Source: Orbicella franksi | Lineage: Eukaryota | Assembly: GCA_964199315.1 (NCBI GenBank) | Contig: OZ116699.1 | Span: 37,014,001 to 37,078,000 of the forward strand | DNA length: 64,000 bases | Direction of reading: 5' to 3' | Shown here: one piece after another, positions 36,054 through 50,941 of the stretch | Numbering within the stretch: position 1 is the stretch's first letter | How the letters are laid out: every line of letters begins with the position of its first letter | The notes under the pieces: generated by a model | What the model was told of the DNA's origin: nothing | What the model saw: only the letters and a program-made list of their open reading frames with translations | The model's database searches: none | Program-made: the position numbers and the translations under genes

Positions 36054-39000
36054 TCAAGTGGCTATATTCAGATCACCATCCTGCTGCTTCTTGGTGCGTT
36101 TGCGCACTAAAAGGCAGACGGCTGTGCAGATGGCTATGGCGATAACACCGCTGACCGCCACAATGGTGACCAAACTGGTCGAAAAAGACTGGGATTCCTC
36201 CTGTTCGTCAGATTCACCTGAAGAAAGGAAAGTGTTCATAATTAACATCTACTTGTTTATTTTTTATAATTATTTTTCTGTGGAGGCACGGTGGTCTAAC
36301 GGTCAGCGCGCTGGACTCCGGTTCTGTTATAGCTAAGTTCTGAAAAACGATACGCAGCAGTGTCTATGCCTAATTGATAATTTGCGATAAATGAAAACTC
36401 CCGGCGTCATAGCAACTGCATGTCGCGTCTCCTTCCTCTCCATGATTGAGATAAATATCTTATACAGTGTTGATTGGAATCCGTTTATCCGTTTAGCAGC
36501 TGCCAGGAGGGCCTTGGTTGGTGAATTTGTATTAATTAGTAGTCAATTTTTGAGATAAGAAGTGGTTTGTTCAAAAGCAATAACTTTTTCATACCTTCTT
36601 CTTCATTCGCTTCCTCCTCGTCTTGGTCGTTCTTAAAAACGAAAGGGCCTGATGTCACATAATACAGCTGTGATTCATCCACTATGACATCATTGACTGA
36701 ACGCCTCTTCCTCGCATTAGTGGCACACTCGGCTGGAGAAGGGCAATCACAAGCTGTTGTAGCAGCCGACCGGAGGCAAACCCTGAATTCACAGTGGAAG
36801 AATACTGCATCTCCTTCGTTCGCGCCAAAGTACCTAAATGTTTGGATGGAGAAGGTTTCTTTGATATCGTCGTCGGTGCATCTGTACGATAATGTATCGC
36901 CAAGGTCTTCACTCACTGTGTCGTTACCGCAACTGGTTTTGAAAAGAGACAAGAGCAATTATTAAATGTTTCAAATCCAAACAAACTGCCTCAGTGGCAA
37001 AGTACAAGCATCGAGTCTGCAGTATGTGTAAGACTGAGGAGCCTATGTGGTGCAGCTATGTGTGAATTGACTGTAATGAAACTGACCAGTGTAACCTGTG
37101 TGCGACCTATCTCTCATCTAAATGACGTATGCCAACTTTGATTGGACCCAGCTAAGTTACAATATTCCCTAGGGAGTTAATCGCCCTCATAATGTTTTTT
37201 CCCCAAGGTAATTCCTCTCAAGCTATTTCTAAACATAGTACCCAGTTTTTTCACGGATACCTCTTGCTATCACATGCGATGTGTAGATATATTCGTCCCT
37301 CATAAATGCGTGTAAAGCTTCTTGGGTTGCAAAATATGGCTATTTCTAATCCCCCCCCGAGATTTCCGAAACCGTGAATGATCTGGAAATAACTTTAGAA
37401 GGATCATCTTGGGAACAAGGCCTATATAGGGAATAAACTCTCTCATACTGCATTCTCTCTTGTAAAAACCTATTTGGATAATTACGCGCATTGGTGACTG
37501 TATGAAAAGCGAAAGCTAACTACTTAAAACTGAAAATCGACAAAAAACGACAATTTTTTATCATTTGTGTTATCAAATTTCCAGCTGAGGGTTAAGCCAT
37601 TTTGATAGCCAAAAGAAATGTATTAACAACTAACAGAGTTCATCAATATTTCGCCAATCTTCCTCAGAACCATGGAGTTAAATAAAGACTACTCAGTTTG
37701 TAATCAGATCACCTCACAATCAGTTTGGAATGTTTCCAAAAAAAAAAAAAAAAGTACTGTGCAAACAGTACTATAAACTTCTACCGGAGAATTTTACATT
37801 TTTGCTGATATGGTTTTCCAGGATTAGGTGACATAAAACACTGTCCTTTTCTCGTCTTGATGTTGTTGTTTAATGGGAAACAGTAATATAATCCTTACCC
37901 TTTTATTATTAGATCTAAGTTACCATCATCTATCATTGGGTTGCTGCTCCTTGATGACCAACAGTGTTCGGGAAAAAGATCAAGGTTGGATGTGGAACTT
38001 TGTGTCACAACGTTAGCCTTGAAATATAAAGTTTTATCCAGCTCGACCGGGCTGGGGACGTCACCGGTATGATTGGGGAAATAGAAAGCCTGAAGAGAAA
38101 AGGTAAAAAATCCAGTGCCTGGAGGAGACAAACAAATAATCCTCAGTAAGTAAGAACAGAGAGACAAATCCTATCACATTTAAGTCTATTTTAGTGACCT
38201 GATTTTACAATAGTCCATTAACTTATGGATCTTTTTTTATTATTAAATTTTTTCAAACAATTTTACTATCATCTTAGCCTGTAGATATTAGTTGTCGCTT
38301 GTCGCTTGTCGCTTGTCGCTTGTCGCTTGTCGCTTGTCGCTTGTCGCTTGTCGCTTGTCGCTTGTCGCTTGTCGCTTGTCGCTTGTCGCTTGTCGCTTGT
38401 CGCTTGTCGCTTGTCGCCTGTCGCTTGTCGCCTGTCGCTTGTCGCCTGTCGCTTGTCGCCTGTCGCTTGTTGGTTGTTGGTTTATGACGAGGATAATCAC
38501 AGTAATGATGATAAGGTTGAGGAGGAGAAAAAGGTGGAAAAAGAATGGGAGGAGAAGGAAGAAAAAAGAAAGGGGAGGACGAGGAGAGGGGAGGAGGAGA
38601 AGGAGGAGGAGGAGGAGAAGGAGGGGAGGCATTGATGTTGATGATGATATGGGGACTACACTTAACACCCGCCAATGGAACATGTCTGAGTAAATGTCAA
38701 TTAGCGATTACTTAAAAGCCTTTTCATGTAATATGTGTAAAGTGCAAATCACAATTGCTATTTTTACATCGTATTTTACATACTTGAGTCATTGTTGCCT
38801 CGGTTTGTGATCGGTACAAAGCTTGTTGTTGATCTGTTTTGATTGTCATAGTCACATGACACAAAATACAGCTGGTCGTACACACGTAACTGGCCTGTAC
38901 CTCCTGGGTTGGGTGTTATAGGGTTGATTTTGAGAATGTATTTAATGCTTTCGGAAAGCTGTTCCGCAGCCAGCGCACAGTCAGGTAGAACGAGATTAGT

Positions 39001-39817
39001 ATAGGTTACTGTTTCATTGGCACGTGAAAATGTCGGTTCGCATTCCGGTTTATCTTGTAACCTCCACTGAGATTCGTTCCATCTGCTTAGATCTTCCACG
39101 TTGATGATAGTTATATCGACTGTGTGATTGTTGTGGCAGTAAACGCTACCGATAGTGTTAGCCTGACCTGAGAAAAAAGAAAATCATTGAATGAAGTCAG
39201 GAACCGAAGAACTTCTCTGTAGTATGAGCTGTGCAATATATTTGCACTTGATTACAATACATCGCACGATATAGGCGGCGTCCGAAGTTGAGGCCAACTT
39301 CTTAGTTAATACCTACATGACACTCGACAGAGCCAGAGCTGCCTCGTTTATATTTCAGGTGTCTTTATCATAGAGATAAAAATGGTATAAACTGCGGTTT
39401 TTGAACTTTTTGTAATATAAAGAAGTATCTGAATGTATGGAGGTGCCTGTAAGGAGCGGTGCGACTGTGTCTATTGATATTGAGCTTGTTGTGTCGCTTG
39501 CGGCCCTACCTTTTCATCGATTCATTCGGAACATTATGTAAAACGTCACAGTGTGTTTGCATAACAGTGAAGCACTGGGATGCTTAGAAGCCACTTTTAT
39601 TAAAAGTTAGACGTTTGAGACAACAATAGCGATCGCTCGATTTTCAGTTAATTTCGGCTGATGTCGAGAGATTCCCAGTTTGCACCTTACAGTAGAGTCA
39701 GTAGACTGAACCTCTCCTTACAGCCTCAGCTTTGCTCTTGGCTTTGCGTCAGCTGTAGTTACCTTTTACGAGCTTCGAGACGAGTCCAAATACCAGAAGT
39801 AGAACGAGTTCCTTCAT
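36054..39817 (-). CDS. ZP domain membrane protein, copy B; exons 39817-39763, 39167-38784, 38118-37899, 36932-36595, 36217-36054
   Basis: Near-identical intact duplicate of copy A; the only amino-acid change I saw is P to L in the signal peptide (SKPVKG vs SKLVKG). Confidence 0.88.
38292..38466. repeat. Heptamer tandem repeat (TTGTCGC)n, about 25 units, copy B
   Basis: 175 bp; 10 units shorter than copy A, which matches the 70-bp shift in the A/B offset. Confidence 0.98.
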
Positions 39818-42800
39818 GTCTGACAGTAATACTGAAGAATTCAATTCCGATTTCACTCTGTTAAAACAAAAACGTAACAAACAAACAAACAAAAATACGA
39901 CAATTATCACGTTGTTGATTGCACTGTTGACCATGTTTATTCATTTAAACTTGGAGGTATTTTTATAAGAACCATTAATTATAACACAAGGTGACAAAGT
40001 GACAGCTGAGAGCGTCAATAACTGAAACCAGCCAATCAGAATATGTCAGTCCGATATTTTTTCAGTATTATTTCAATGGCTCTTTCGATAACAAAATCTT
40101 GCGATAAATGTCTTAGTAACTACAAGCTTGTTCGGGTCGTTGTTAAGAGGATATTTGTACTGGTTTTTTTTTTTTCTATGTGGATCTCACTGTCCAACTC
40201 CAAAGAACCTTGTTAAAACCCTTTTCTCTTCTGCATCATTTTTTTTTTTCTGCGGTGGTCGGTCGCACGTCATGAAGTATTAATTGTTCTGGTATAATCG
40301 CACCGACCGTTAGGGGTCATTTCGAGCCAAAAATGATTTATCTTAGAAAATCCGATGGTTACCATAAAGTTTATTAGAATAAATGAGTATCAGTCTAGAA
40401 GACGCCAATTATACTAAAATAGTTAAAAGAGGTTATAGTTTCTGTGCACGTGGTTGCCTACGCATTTTTACAAAATCGAGTTAATTTCTTTAAATTCATC
40501 TCATAGCTGGCTGCCCGAAATATTCTGAGACAGTAGTGGTTTAAGTGGTAGTTTGTTCTGAATTCAAATGATTTTCCTGCAGGCATGCTGTATGTCAGGG
40601 TCTTGTCATGGCTAAAAGCACATAACACTAACCTCAATATCTACGTTTAAATTGTTTTGAAAGTGAACACATCGATATTCTCAGAGTATACTCGGTCGAT
40701 GAAAAAGTATCTTTTTTACTAATGAGGAATTACGATAAATGAAAAATAGTTAGTTGTACTACACCCAGCGAGACGATAAAATTGTATTAAACGTGCTTTT
40801 CAGCATGAATGGTCTTCGAGCTTTTCTCTCAGAGAATTGCTTGTGGCAATTAACACAATAAAACGAAACTCTGTAAATTTCTTGCATCTTATTCCTGGAA
40901 GACATATCTACTGAAAGCAAACGATCGTAATTCAAAATCATTTCTTGTCGCAGGGGAATTTGCCGGCTGACCTGTGAATGGAAAAGGAACGCGATTCTGG
41001 ACCCGTAATCAAGTGGTGATAAAATGCTGCCTTTGACAATTTCTTATCAATCTATTTGTCACTATGGAAAAGGTGATCACAATAGATTAAAAACTTTACC
41101 TTCAAGTTAAGTCAACTTCTTGTTTAGGAGAAAGAGCGTGATATGATTTTTTATGATGTGCGAAATAGTGATTTATGTCTTTTATAAAGGCCAACCCTTA
41201 GCCCTTCCTATGACAGGAACTGAAGACAATGCTTTCGGGCGAGTGTAGAACTTACCAACGTTTGAATCCAATGCTCGTGCTCGCACCCAACTTGGTTCCA
41301 GAGTCCTTAGCATAAAGAGCCGGCTACCCTGAAAAAAAGGCGGGACAAAAAACCCTGTAAGAAAAGATAGAACACTGAAAAGCGCATAATAAAATAATCA
41401 CCTCCTTGAGCTTAGCTGCAGGAATGAGGTACTTTACGTCTGTCCGACTTGCTACGCAGAATAAAGCACAAACAAAGGAAAACTGCAGAGAAACGGGAAT
41501 CTTTGTTATTATCATTTTCAAAGACAAAACAAGTGTAGACGTCAAGACACACTTCAAAACGTAGGAATAACAGTGCGTGTCATTGTGTGTGTGATTTCAG
41601 CCGTGGATTCTAAAAACCACACTGAAAAGGATATGTTAATCAACGGAATGAAAGTCGAATGATCGTACACATGGATAAAGGCCGAGACACACTAGGCGAC
41701 AAGCCGCTGGGACAGGTAACTGCGATAGGTCGCTCCGTGTGCACTGCTCAGTTCAAAACAAGTCGCTGCGAAAAGAGGCTTGTTCTTGACAAGTACCGCA
41801 GTGACTTCGGATTGGGAGGATTGTGAACTAGTTTTCTAATTCAACATGGCGGACCTACAGCGAAGGTCAAAGAAAAGGAAGCTTTTAGTTCTGTTAACGT
41901 GCTGTTAGATAACGAAAAATATAAACACGTTGAAAGAAGATACTGGACACGACAGTGAATGTCAAGAAGCAGCAAGAAGAGAAGAAAGAGGGGCTTATAA
42001 CCCTCTTGAAAGAACCTGCTATCGAGGATTTATCCCACAGGAGTCTATTGTCTTTATAGAACTGAATTACCACTTAAGTTGCAATTATATTCCATGTTGA
42101 AAGCGAAGAATCCTCGGATCGCTCAGATTTTTGCCCATCCATATGTTTAGTCGCCTTTTGAACAGGTTACTGAGGGATTATAGGAAAAAAATGACGCTCT
42201 TTCATTGGTTGATTTATATTTTGTCGTAGCGACGCGTCGCAGAAGTGTACACACGCTGCGACAACGCTGCTTTCAGTCATGTTGTCGCTGCGATTAGTCG
42301 TACGAATTCAAACCAGTTTGAATTCGTGCGACTAATCGCAGCGACAAAATTCTGTCGCAGCGACTTGTCCTCGCGACGTGTCGCGGTAGTGGTTAGCGAA
42401 GGCAAAAATGTTTACTAGTAATCCCATAAAGCGTTTGCCTCCCTTGTCGTTAATGCCATTAACGACAAGGGGGCAAAAAAGAGAGAGCCTAGGAACTAGG
42501 TTGGTTGGTGTTCTCAAACAGAGAAATTTCTCTTTGTAAAAAAAAAATAGTTTTCTTGTTGAAAACTTTCCCCTGATTGCTTGGGGAATACCAATATGGC
42601 CGCCATTAAAACGCTTTATTACATTATATTTTTCATTTACTTATTTACTGTTTTCCTCTCTGTACTGTTTCAACCATTCTTACTGTTTTTCACCATCTTA
42701 AAAGCTTTTAAAATAGCTGCTCTATCTACAACTCTGCTGTCTTTCCCTCCCTACTGTGCCAACATATGTTACTGTTTTTACCATCCCAACAGGTATTTTA

Positions 42801-43364
42801 AAATAGCTACTCTATCTGCTGTCTCTGCTGTCTTCCTCTCTGTATTGCGTCGACCGTTCTTACTGTTTTAACCGTCATCTTTACAGTTGTTACCATAGCT
42901 ACTCTATCTGCTATGTCGACTGTCTCCCTCCCGGTACTGTTTCAACCATCCAACCTGAACAACTTGAACAAATTCAAACAAGATTTCGTTGCATCATATG
43001 TAAGCTTGAGATTTACCTGGCAAATTCTAGGCATCATATTACACTTTTTTTTTATTTTTCCGGCGACCTCTTCTTGCCTTTCCATCCTTTATATCGGTGT
43101 TTAGAAGATGTCTTTTTATTATGCCATTTCCTCGCGGCAAGTTGGCGAGAAAAATAAGAAATTGGAGAACCCGACGGGATCCGAGACGAAGCGACGCGAT
43201 TCTGATTGCGTCATTTTGACAACCTGACATTTCATAGCTTTCTGGGATTTGCATATTTTATTTGGGGGCTAAATGACAAGAACAATCGCGTGCTTGCAGG
43301 CGTTCCCTTCCTTCCCCTGATCGCGCTTCTAGTTTCCTCTCTGTCCCTCCTCTATGAATGCCTC

Positions 43365-44020
43365 CCACGCAGGCTACAAAACCTAATAATATTCTTGTTG
43401 TCTCTGACACCACAGGAAAGTCTGCTCATACCATCTTGATAGTCAAGGCGAGCGACAAGATCCGTGATATGTCACTGAGCCTTGACTTTCTGAGCAAAGA
43501 TGGCAAAGTTCTTAGCACAACCTCCGTCAGTCCAGTTGGTTCAAGGGGTGCCCATTTCTCGGCTTCTTTCTCAATTCCCACGGTTCCCTTCAAGCTGAAA
43601 CTCAGAGACAAGACCGAGAAGATTACGATTTTGAACGCAGCTCACGCAACATTGTTCACCCGAGTCACACCCTAGTTCGGATTCTGTACGCAGACATGAA
43701 TTCACAGTACCGATTCATGGGAAGGAACTGGTGATATTCTTTGTCTACAACATGCCGCGACTGAGATATTCGACCTGAAAGTCAAAGATTCCTCAAAGTT
43801 CAACGCTTTAGTGTTGAGTTCCGCCGACCATGTTTACAAGAATCTTTCCGGTTTCTTCTTGGTCTATTTCTCTGCAAAATCCACCGCCACTTTCGGAGCT
43901 AACAACGTGATAGTGACCGCCACTGGGCGAACGTCCAAAGCCAGTGTCAATCGCGGTTTTAGCTTAATGGTAGTCAAAGCCACGCACGCCTCGGATCCCA
44001 CAGTACCTCCTTTGGACTGA
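43365..44020 (+). pseudogene. VWA7-like C-terminal fragment, frameshifted (copy B)
   Basis: Same three frameshifts as copy A. Confidence 0.55.
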
Positions 44021-47000
44021 ATCACGACCGATACGGAAATGATGGACAATAAACTGGATCTGAACAATTTTTTTTTATTTATTTGCTGTGCTAAATAAAG
44101 AGTAAAAGAGCGGATTATTACCAATATTTGCTTCTCCTGTACAAGTTAATCAAATCGTAAATCGGTCTTAAGGGTCTGATACATTACATTTTGTCAGTTG
44201 CCGCGTTGATTTGTTAAAGTGACCGAAAAAATTGCAAGAGATGATTATTTCATACTTTTGATTTGAGTTCGTCTTAAAGTGAACAAATCACGCGTGGAGT
44301 GGTGTTTGTTTAAAACGAGGGATACTATCGGTATCTTAGCTCTTAGAGGAAGTTTCGATTTTGTTTGGTGTTCGGGAATATGTCGTGATTCTACTGCTTT
44401 GCTTCATGCACGGCTCAAGTTGGTGAAATTGCAACGATTGTGGATTTGATACTTTCATATTTTTCATAATTCATTTGAAGTTATAGACGAACGGGAGAAG
44501 CTGTAGACTTTTTGTATTAATGAGGATGCTTTTCGCTTCTTAATAAAATAAAATGAAAAAAAAAACAAAAAAAAAACACGTGTTATTGCTTACTGATCAT
44601 TCGGAATTCACCAATTTATGAACGCGATCGACGAAATTTTTATTGTCCCAGATATAAGGATAGGTTTTAAAACCTGATAAATCTGCACAGTTTTCACTGA
44701 GTACCTGAGGTCCCGTCCACAGTAAGCCAAGAAATTTGAGAACGCAGCTTTACTTCTGCGGTTAAGCTTACTGTCCACACCAATCCGTCACGACATGGGG
44801 CTTTTCGAAAAGGCTCTTCAAACTGGAGAAATTTAAAAACGCCGGGTTAATTAATTAACAAAAACCCGTCTAACATAACGGCTGATCAAGGAGGCGTTCT
44901 CGTTGCCTTACACATTGTTTTCTCCCACGCCCTGAAAGCAGAATATCTGAACTCGCTTGGCCACGCCTAAAGAAGTATGAGGATAAACTGACGTGACAAA
45001 AATAACCTAACCTAGCGCGGGAGTTTCACCGTGCCGCTTTCACGTCCTGCAAACGTCTGCAACAGGTAAACTGTAGGAGGACGAGAAAAGCACGGCTCGA
45101 GCCAGGTGTGTCAATCATAGGATCGGTTGACTTTCGAACAGCGAGCGGTTTGATACATCTGTTTTGCGTTATTGCTTCAGTGTTATGCGGCGAGTTTACC
45201 TGTACTCTAACGGAACATACTTTGCGAGCAAGCTCTGCTGGAGTATGGGGTAAACTCCAAAAGATACCTCAAGACCTTGCTCGCAGGCTGTACGAAACAT
45301 AAAGTTTACCTTTCCCATAACCAAATGGACGATAACCTACCAAAGCTAAAAGGAAGTTTTTCCGCCTATGAAAGTACAATGCCCATATTTCAGTGCTAGT
45401 TTCAGCGGTTAATTATTCAGTTTTATAGAGGAGGGGGTCCTTGCCGGCCTTACAACTCTCAGTTAGGATGAAATAATTTACCCCTAAAAGTAATTAACCA
45501 ACCACGCACGTCCGACACCGTATTAAGAGCTCAGTGCACTACAAGTGCGATAATGAAGTTAAGTGTTCTCGGCGTATCGTTTCACGTTGTGTTGAAATGG
45601 TCCACACTCCACAACCCAAATAAAGGCCCATGCTGACTTTGTCGTTTTTTTCCTACCGGGAGACTACTTAACGTTTCTACCGGGAACTTAACAAAACCGT
45701 GCCTTGCAAATCTGTTCTAACTGCACAATTTCAATGGAGGTAGCAAAGTATTTTTGAAAGTTCGATTTTATACAACAAAGAAGAAGTCACAAGAGGAAGA
45801 AAAGCCGCCAGGGTAAGCAAAACAAAACCGGCGTCTCTCTGCCCTTCCCCACCCCCCCAGCTCAAGGTCTGGATCCGCCAATGCAACCCACATACAATTT
45901 AAACCAGAACGTCCCCAAAATATGTACTGTATTTCTACTCGGCCTAATTTTATTTGTAAAAATAAAAATTCTGACTAGCTTTATTGTAAAGTTGTTTCAA
46001 CTAATGACAGTGTATTGATTTCAGTCCCCATCTATTCCTATCCTGTAAGCAGAATTTAACTTACAGCTGAATAACTATTATTACTGGTTACCATCACGTC
46101 GTTTGAACTGATAACCTACAACGTAACACCATTTGTTAAATAAATTTATTTCCCTTTTAAATAACTCACTAAAATATAACCCTGTAAGTTTTTTATTCCC
46201 AATGTAAAAAAACCTGTAAAACCACAGGTATGCGAACTACCTTTGTAAGTAAAAATGAGTTCAGCGAGAAATTTAACGAACGCATTTAGTTGCTGTTGGA
46301 ACTACGGAAGAGAAATAGAATGAAAACCGCTTCACCTCTCTACGTTGGTGCATTTCTTATGTCGCTGTAGAGTTTTGGACTACTTTAAAGTTATTCCAGT
46401 AAGTTTTAGATTACTTCACTGTTTCCTCTCGATACATGATACATAGAAAGAAAACAGTTAACGAGAAGTGAAACCAGAACTTGTTATAATCGCTCGACAA
46501 CACATGCGGAATACAAAAGGAGGCGAAGAAAGGCGTTTCTTCTCTATCGTGTTTCCAGCAACTGAATACGCTCGTTACAATCCCATATAATACTCAGACG
46601 TTTCGGCTATAAACTCTACAGCCATCATCACTTTTACGAAAGCTTGATGTCATTACGCGTGATTTAAATATTTTGACCAGACGTGACGCGAGTTCTACAC
46701 GCGTGACTACAAGGAATGGTTCCCACATCGAAGCTTTCATGAAAGCTGCTGAACACAGATGGGTTTCCCTGAAAATTATCACTAATTGTAAACCTAACAG
46801 CAATATATACTTTTTTTCATTTTCTAAAGAATACGTTAACTGAATCACACTGTTACTTATTTGACGCCTTAACCAGCAAGGCTCTAAACAATTCTCTACA
46901 CGCTACAGCACAGTCTAACAGTGCAAGTAACAGTGCAATAAAATAACAATGTATATCTAAATGAACATGATACAAATATACTCATATAAATATCGTGACG

Positions 47001-47970
47001 ACTATTGTCAAGAGCAGGAGGGCAAAAGGTAAAAACTCAAATTAGCTGGCGCGTCCTGTAGACTCTGCTTAGGAAGGCTATGGGAAGCACAGAGTGTACG
47101 ACCAAGTAAAAATACATTGTCAATGTCTCTGACTATTTGTCTATGTCTACGTGTACTTATTAACAAGAGCACTATGTTCTACCAGTCTGCTCAGAAAAAA
47201 AGAAACATTATAAGAGGAACACGTGGCCTGGGAGATGAATTACCTTGTTCTTACTAATTTTCGCGTGTACTTAATTTCGTGAGAATTTGGGAGATGTCAT
47301 TCACGAGTGTTATACTTGTCGCGATCGATGCCAGGGGAAAAAAAAAACTATTCACAAGCAGATTTAATTTCGCGGTTTTGCAATTGCCTTAATCGCCCAA
47401 ATACCTGATTCACTACAAATGCAAAATTTGATGACTGTAATTAAGAGGTTTTGGCGGATTTACAAACAACAGATAACAGTGAATCGTACAAGGAGTGCTA
47501 ACTTGTTGAAGGCAAGACCATAAAGACTGTATATTTTCAAGAACAGAACTAAATTGAACAATAAATACCAATGTGCCCGTGACTTGGAAATTTAACGCCA
47601 TGTATTGTCTGTCTTACATGGTTTGATATTGAATTTCGGGAGTTTAATTTTGGCACTCACTTTCTTTTCGAGAGTTTTCGCGATTTTTCGCAAAATGCGA
47701 ACATCGCGAAATTTAGTACTATGCGAAAACTGTAAGAATAAATTTTTCGAATGTATTTCTATAGTACGTAGGAATAAAGATCATTACCATACGTGGCATA
47801 AAACTTTTTACTGCTGTACATGGATTGTATGGCTATTGAAGCTGCGCATACATGTAATTAAATATCAATGGTAGTTGATCAAATGCATTTTAGGCTAACC
47901 AGCGAATTTACATGTACATGTATTTAACGCATACTACTGAAAACCTAATGCATTGTTTTACAGGCATTAC

Positions 47971-50245
47971 CTAACGTTTGTGCGAAGAGAGGAGATAAGA
48001 ATACATGGCCTTTTGGCAACAACTAATGAAACAATTTATAATGTAATTACAGATTGAATGAATGTATACAGTACACAAGTTTCTAAATAAATGCATATGC
48101 ATTGTATAAATACCAATAAAATAACAAAGAAACATACAGGAAGTGCAATAAAATATTACATTTCTCAAACGGGATAAATAATATCTAACTGACAAAAGCT
48201 CTCAGGAACATTTAAATAACAGCATCTTGTAAAATATTAGCAGTGTTAAAAATATTCTTTAAACAGCTGCTTTTACCTTATTGAAGATGTGTAATCTCCT
48301 GATGCAAATTTGAGCTAAAATAGTAGAATAAGTCAAATTTGGCATTTTTTAGAAACAAAGAAGACTATAACTGCAACAGAGTGCACACATTGGTTTTTCT
48401 TAAGGGAGGGAAACAAGTGAAATTGAACTTGAACAACATTGGTGGAAGGAAACTACATCTACTACCAGCTACGCTATCACTACACTCCCCTAAATAGCTT
48501 TTATTAGTTATTGATAGTTGTAGTTGCAAGATTCACGAGTTAGAGTAAAATATCAATTCATTTGTTGTCAGCATTGCACTCATGGTTATACATGTACATG
48601 TTAAGTCCCTGTTATATATGTACCGGTAGAGAGTCATGCCAGCAGAATTAAACCCACCGCTCCGATTGGTTGTTGTTTAGAGGCAGCAGGGTTTCCAGTG
48701 AATTATAAGAGGCATCCTCTGAAGTCATGTCTGTAGACTCAGGCTCTTCATAAATTCCAGGTTGCTGTACATAGGGACAGACAAAGAGAATTAGTTTATT
48801 AATCCATTACCATGAAAGAGGAAGGATGTGAGTTGCTAACATCAAATTATCTCCTCACTTATTTAATTATCTTCAAAAGATTCTAACATCACTAGTCAAG
48901 AATTCTTCCAGAGGGGTGGGCAGGAAAAACTACCTTTTATGGGCTATCTAGGTATGCATGAGACCAAAGGGTAATTGGTACATGTATTTGAGCCATTTTG
49001 GTCTGAAATATGTTTTGGTTTCTTTTTTTTAGACGATACTCTTTTATCATTTCAAGAACTTAGCATTTTAAGATACATATTCATTTGACAAATTGAATTT
49101 AGTTTTCCATGCGTCTGCTCTGTTATTGATCATGAATTTTGTCATAGCATTGTCAAAGTAGCTGTGGATCGACCAAAGGCTACATGTACTTTGACAATGT
49201 AATGATGAAATTCATCATCAATAACAGGACAGACAAATGAAAAACTGACATCAATTTGTTTTTTACAATATTTAACAAATTGTCAAATTGCCCACTCTCG
49301 CTTGTCACATCAACATTGCATAAACTATAAATTCATGTGCCTGTCCACTTATTGACGATGAAAATTAGCCAATTAGCCTGTGAGATTATTTCTGCAGTTA
49401 TTGCAAAAACTGTATTTGATAGATTTTAATTTAATGGTTTGTCTTGTATGGGGTTTTGACCTTTTTGATGGACCATGCTTATGGCTTACTTATTTATAAC
49501 ATATTATTTATAAAATAAATGAATGAATAAATAATAATAATAAAGTTTTTTGGGCACATTTAGAAAACTCAATCTGCTTACATTACTATATATTGAGAAA
49601 AAAAAATAAACAAAACATACCAAATCTCCTATCACATTGTGGAGTGCCTGACGGTTTTTTGACCTGTTGAAAAAAAAAATCAAAATTCAACATAAGGTCC
49701 CATGATAAGTGAATAATATTTAAAGCCCCCAGTGTAACTTAGGGTTTTCAATAACATTATCAAACATGCAAAAGTAGCTCATCAAGTTCATTATATATGC
49801 AGTATCTTGTGAGAGACAACTGTGAGATCCAAAATTAACACTAAAAAAATTAACAACATAATATGGCATTGGAGCCCCCTCCACTTTTACATGCATTCAA
49901 CACCTGAGTCACCTCATACTTTTTCATTGAACAGAGAACAAACACATGTATAAAAGGGCATCAACTCTGTGTAAATGAGCTTTAAAGTCCAATGGTAACA
50001 ACCCATAGTTCTTTTGGATTTAGCAGCCTTTCACTGCCTCTACTCTCAAGGGTCTTTATTGAGAGGGGGAGGGGGGAGGGGGTTATGTTGGGTGTGAAAA
50101 CCTTCAACTGAACATACATGATTTAATGTGAAGTTTATATGAAATAATTCATATATGAACTGCAGTTGTAGATGAAAGTGAAGAGTAATCATCGCAGTTA
50201 ATTTTCCAATTTAAGCAATTGGAAAGAAGAAGCCTGAAAAAATCA

Positions 50246-50278
<33 letters not shown>

Positions 50279-50496
50279 TGATACCGGTGCGATGCTCTAC
50301 CAACTGAGCTATGAAGCCACACTTTGGGAGCGAGGTCAATTTATTGAGTTCATATCTTCCTGTGAGGAGCGAAATGATGTGAAGTTTATATGAAATAATT
50401 CATATATGGACTGCGGTTGTAGATGACAGTAAAGAGTGATCATCGCAGTTAATTTTCCAATTTAAGCAATTGGAAAGAAGAAGCCTGAAAAAATCA

Positions 50497-50529
<33 letters not shown>

Positions 50530-50747
50530 TGATACCGGTGCGATGCTCTACCAACTGAGCTATGAAGCCACACTTTGGGAGCGAGGTCAATTTATTGAGT
50601 TCATATCTTCCTGTGAGGAGCGAAATGATGTGAAGTTTATATGAAATAATTCATATATGGACTGCGGTTGTAGATGACAGTAAAGAGTGATCATCGCAGT
50701 TAATTTTCCAATTTAAGCAATTGAAAAGAAGAAGCCTGAAAAAATCA

Positions 50748-50780
<33 letters not shown>

Positions 50781-50909
50781 TGATACCGGTGCGATGCTCT
50801 ACCAACTGAGCTATGAAGTCACACATTGAAGATATGAACTCAATTAATTGACCTCACTCCCAAAGTGTGGCTTCATAGCTCAGTTGGTAGAGCATTGCAC
50901 CGGTATCGT

Positions 50910-50941
<32 letters not shown>

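Larger units (their letters stand above)
28203..44823. repeat. Tandem segmental duplication, copy B (~16.6 kb)
   Basis: Junction reads ...ggctcttcaaac|CAAA|gccaaaacctcgtc, where CAAA (28199-28202) is a 4-nt filler. The unit end matches 44817-44823 and the unit start matches 11568. Confidence 0.97.

Noticed and set aside
47413-47608. Alternative last exon of the FN3 receptor (RQYMALNF...)
   Set aside because: Phase-compatible, but the acceptor lacks a pyrimidine tract; 48022-47971 has a better acceptor. Not excluded without RNA data.
50126-50826. Regularly spaced repeats as a CRISPR array
   Set aside because: Whole units are near-identical with no unique spacers, and the context is eukaryotic.
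50869-50940. tRNA-like 72-nt cores as genuine tRNA genes
   Set aside because: The anticodon arm does not pair properly and the cores sit in repeated 251-bp units, so they are treated as tRNA-derived repeats.
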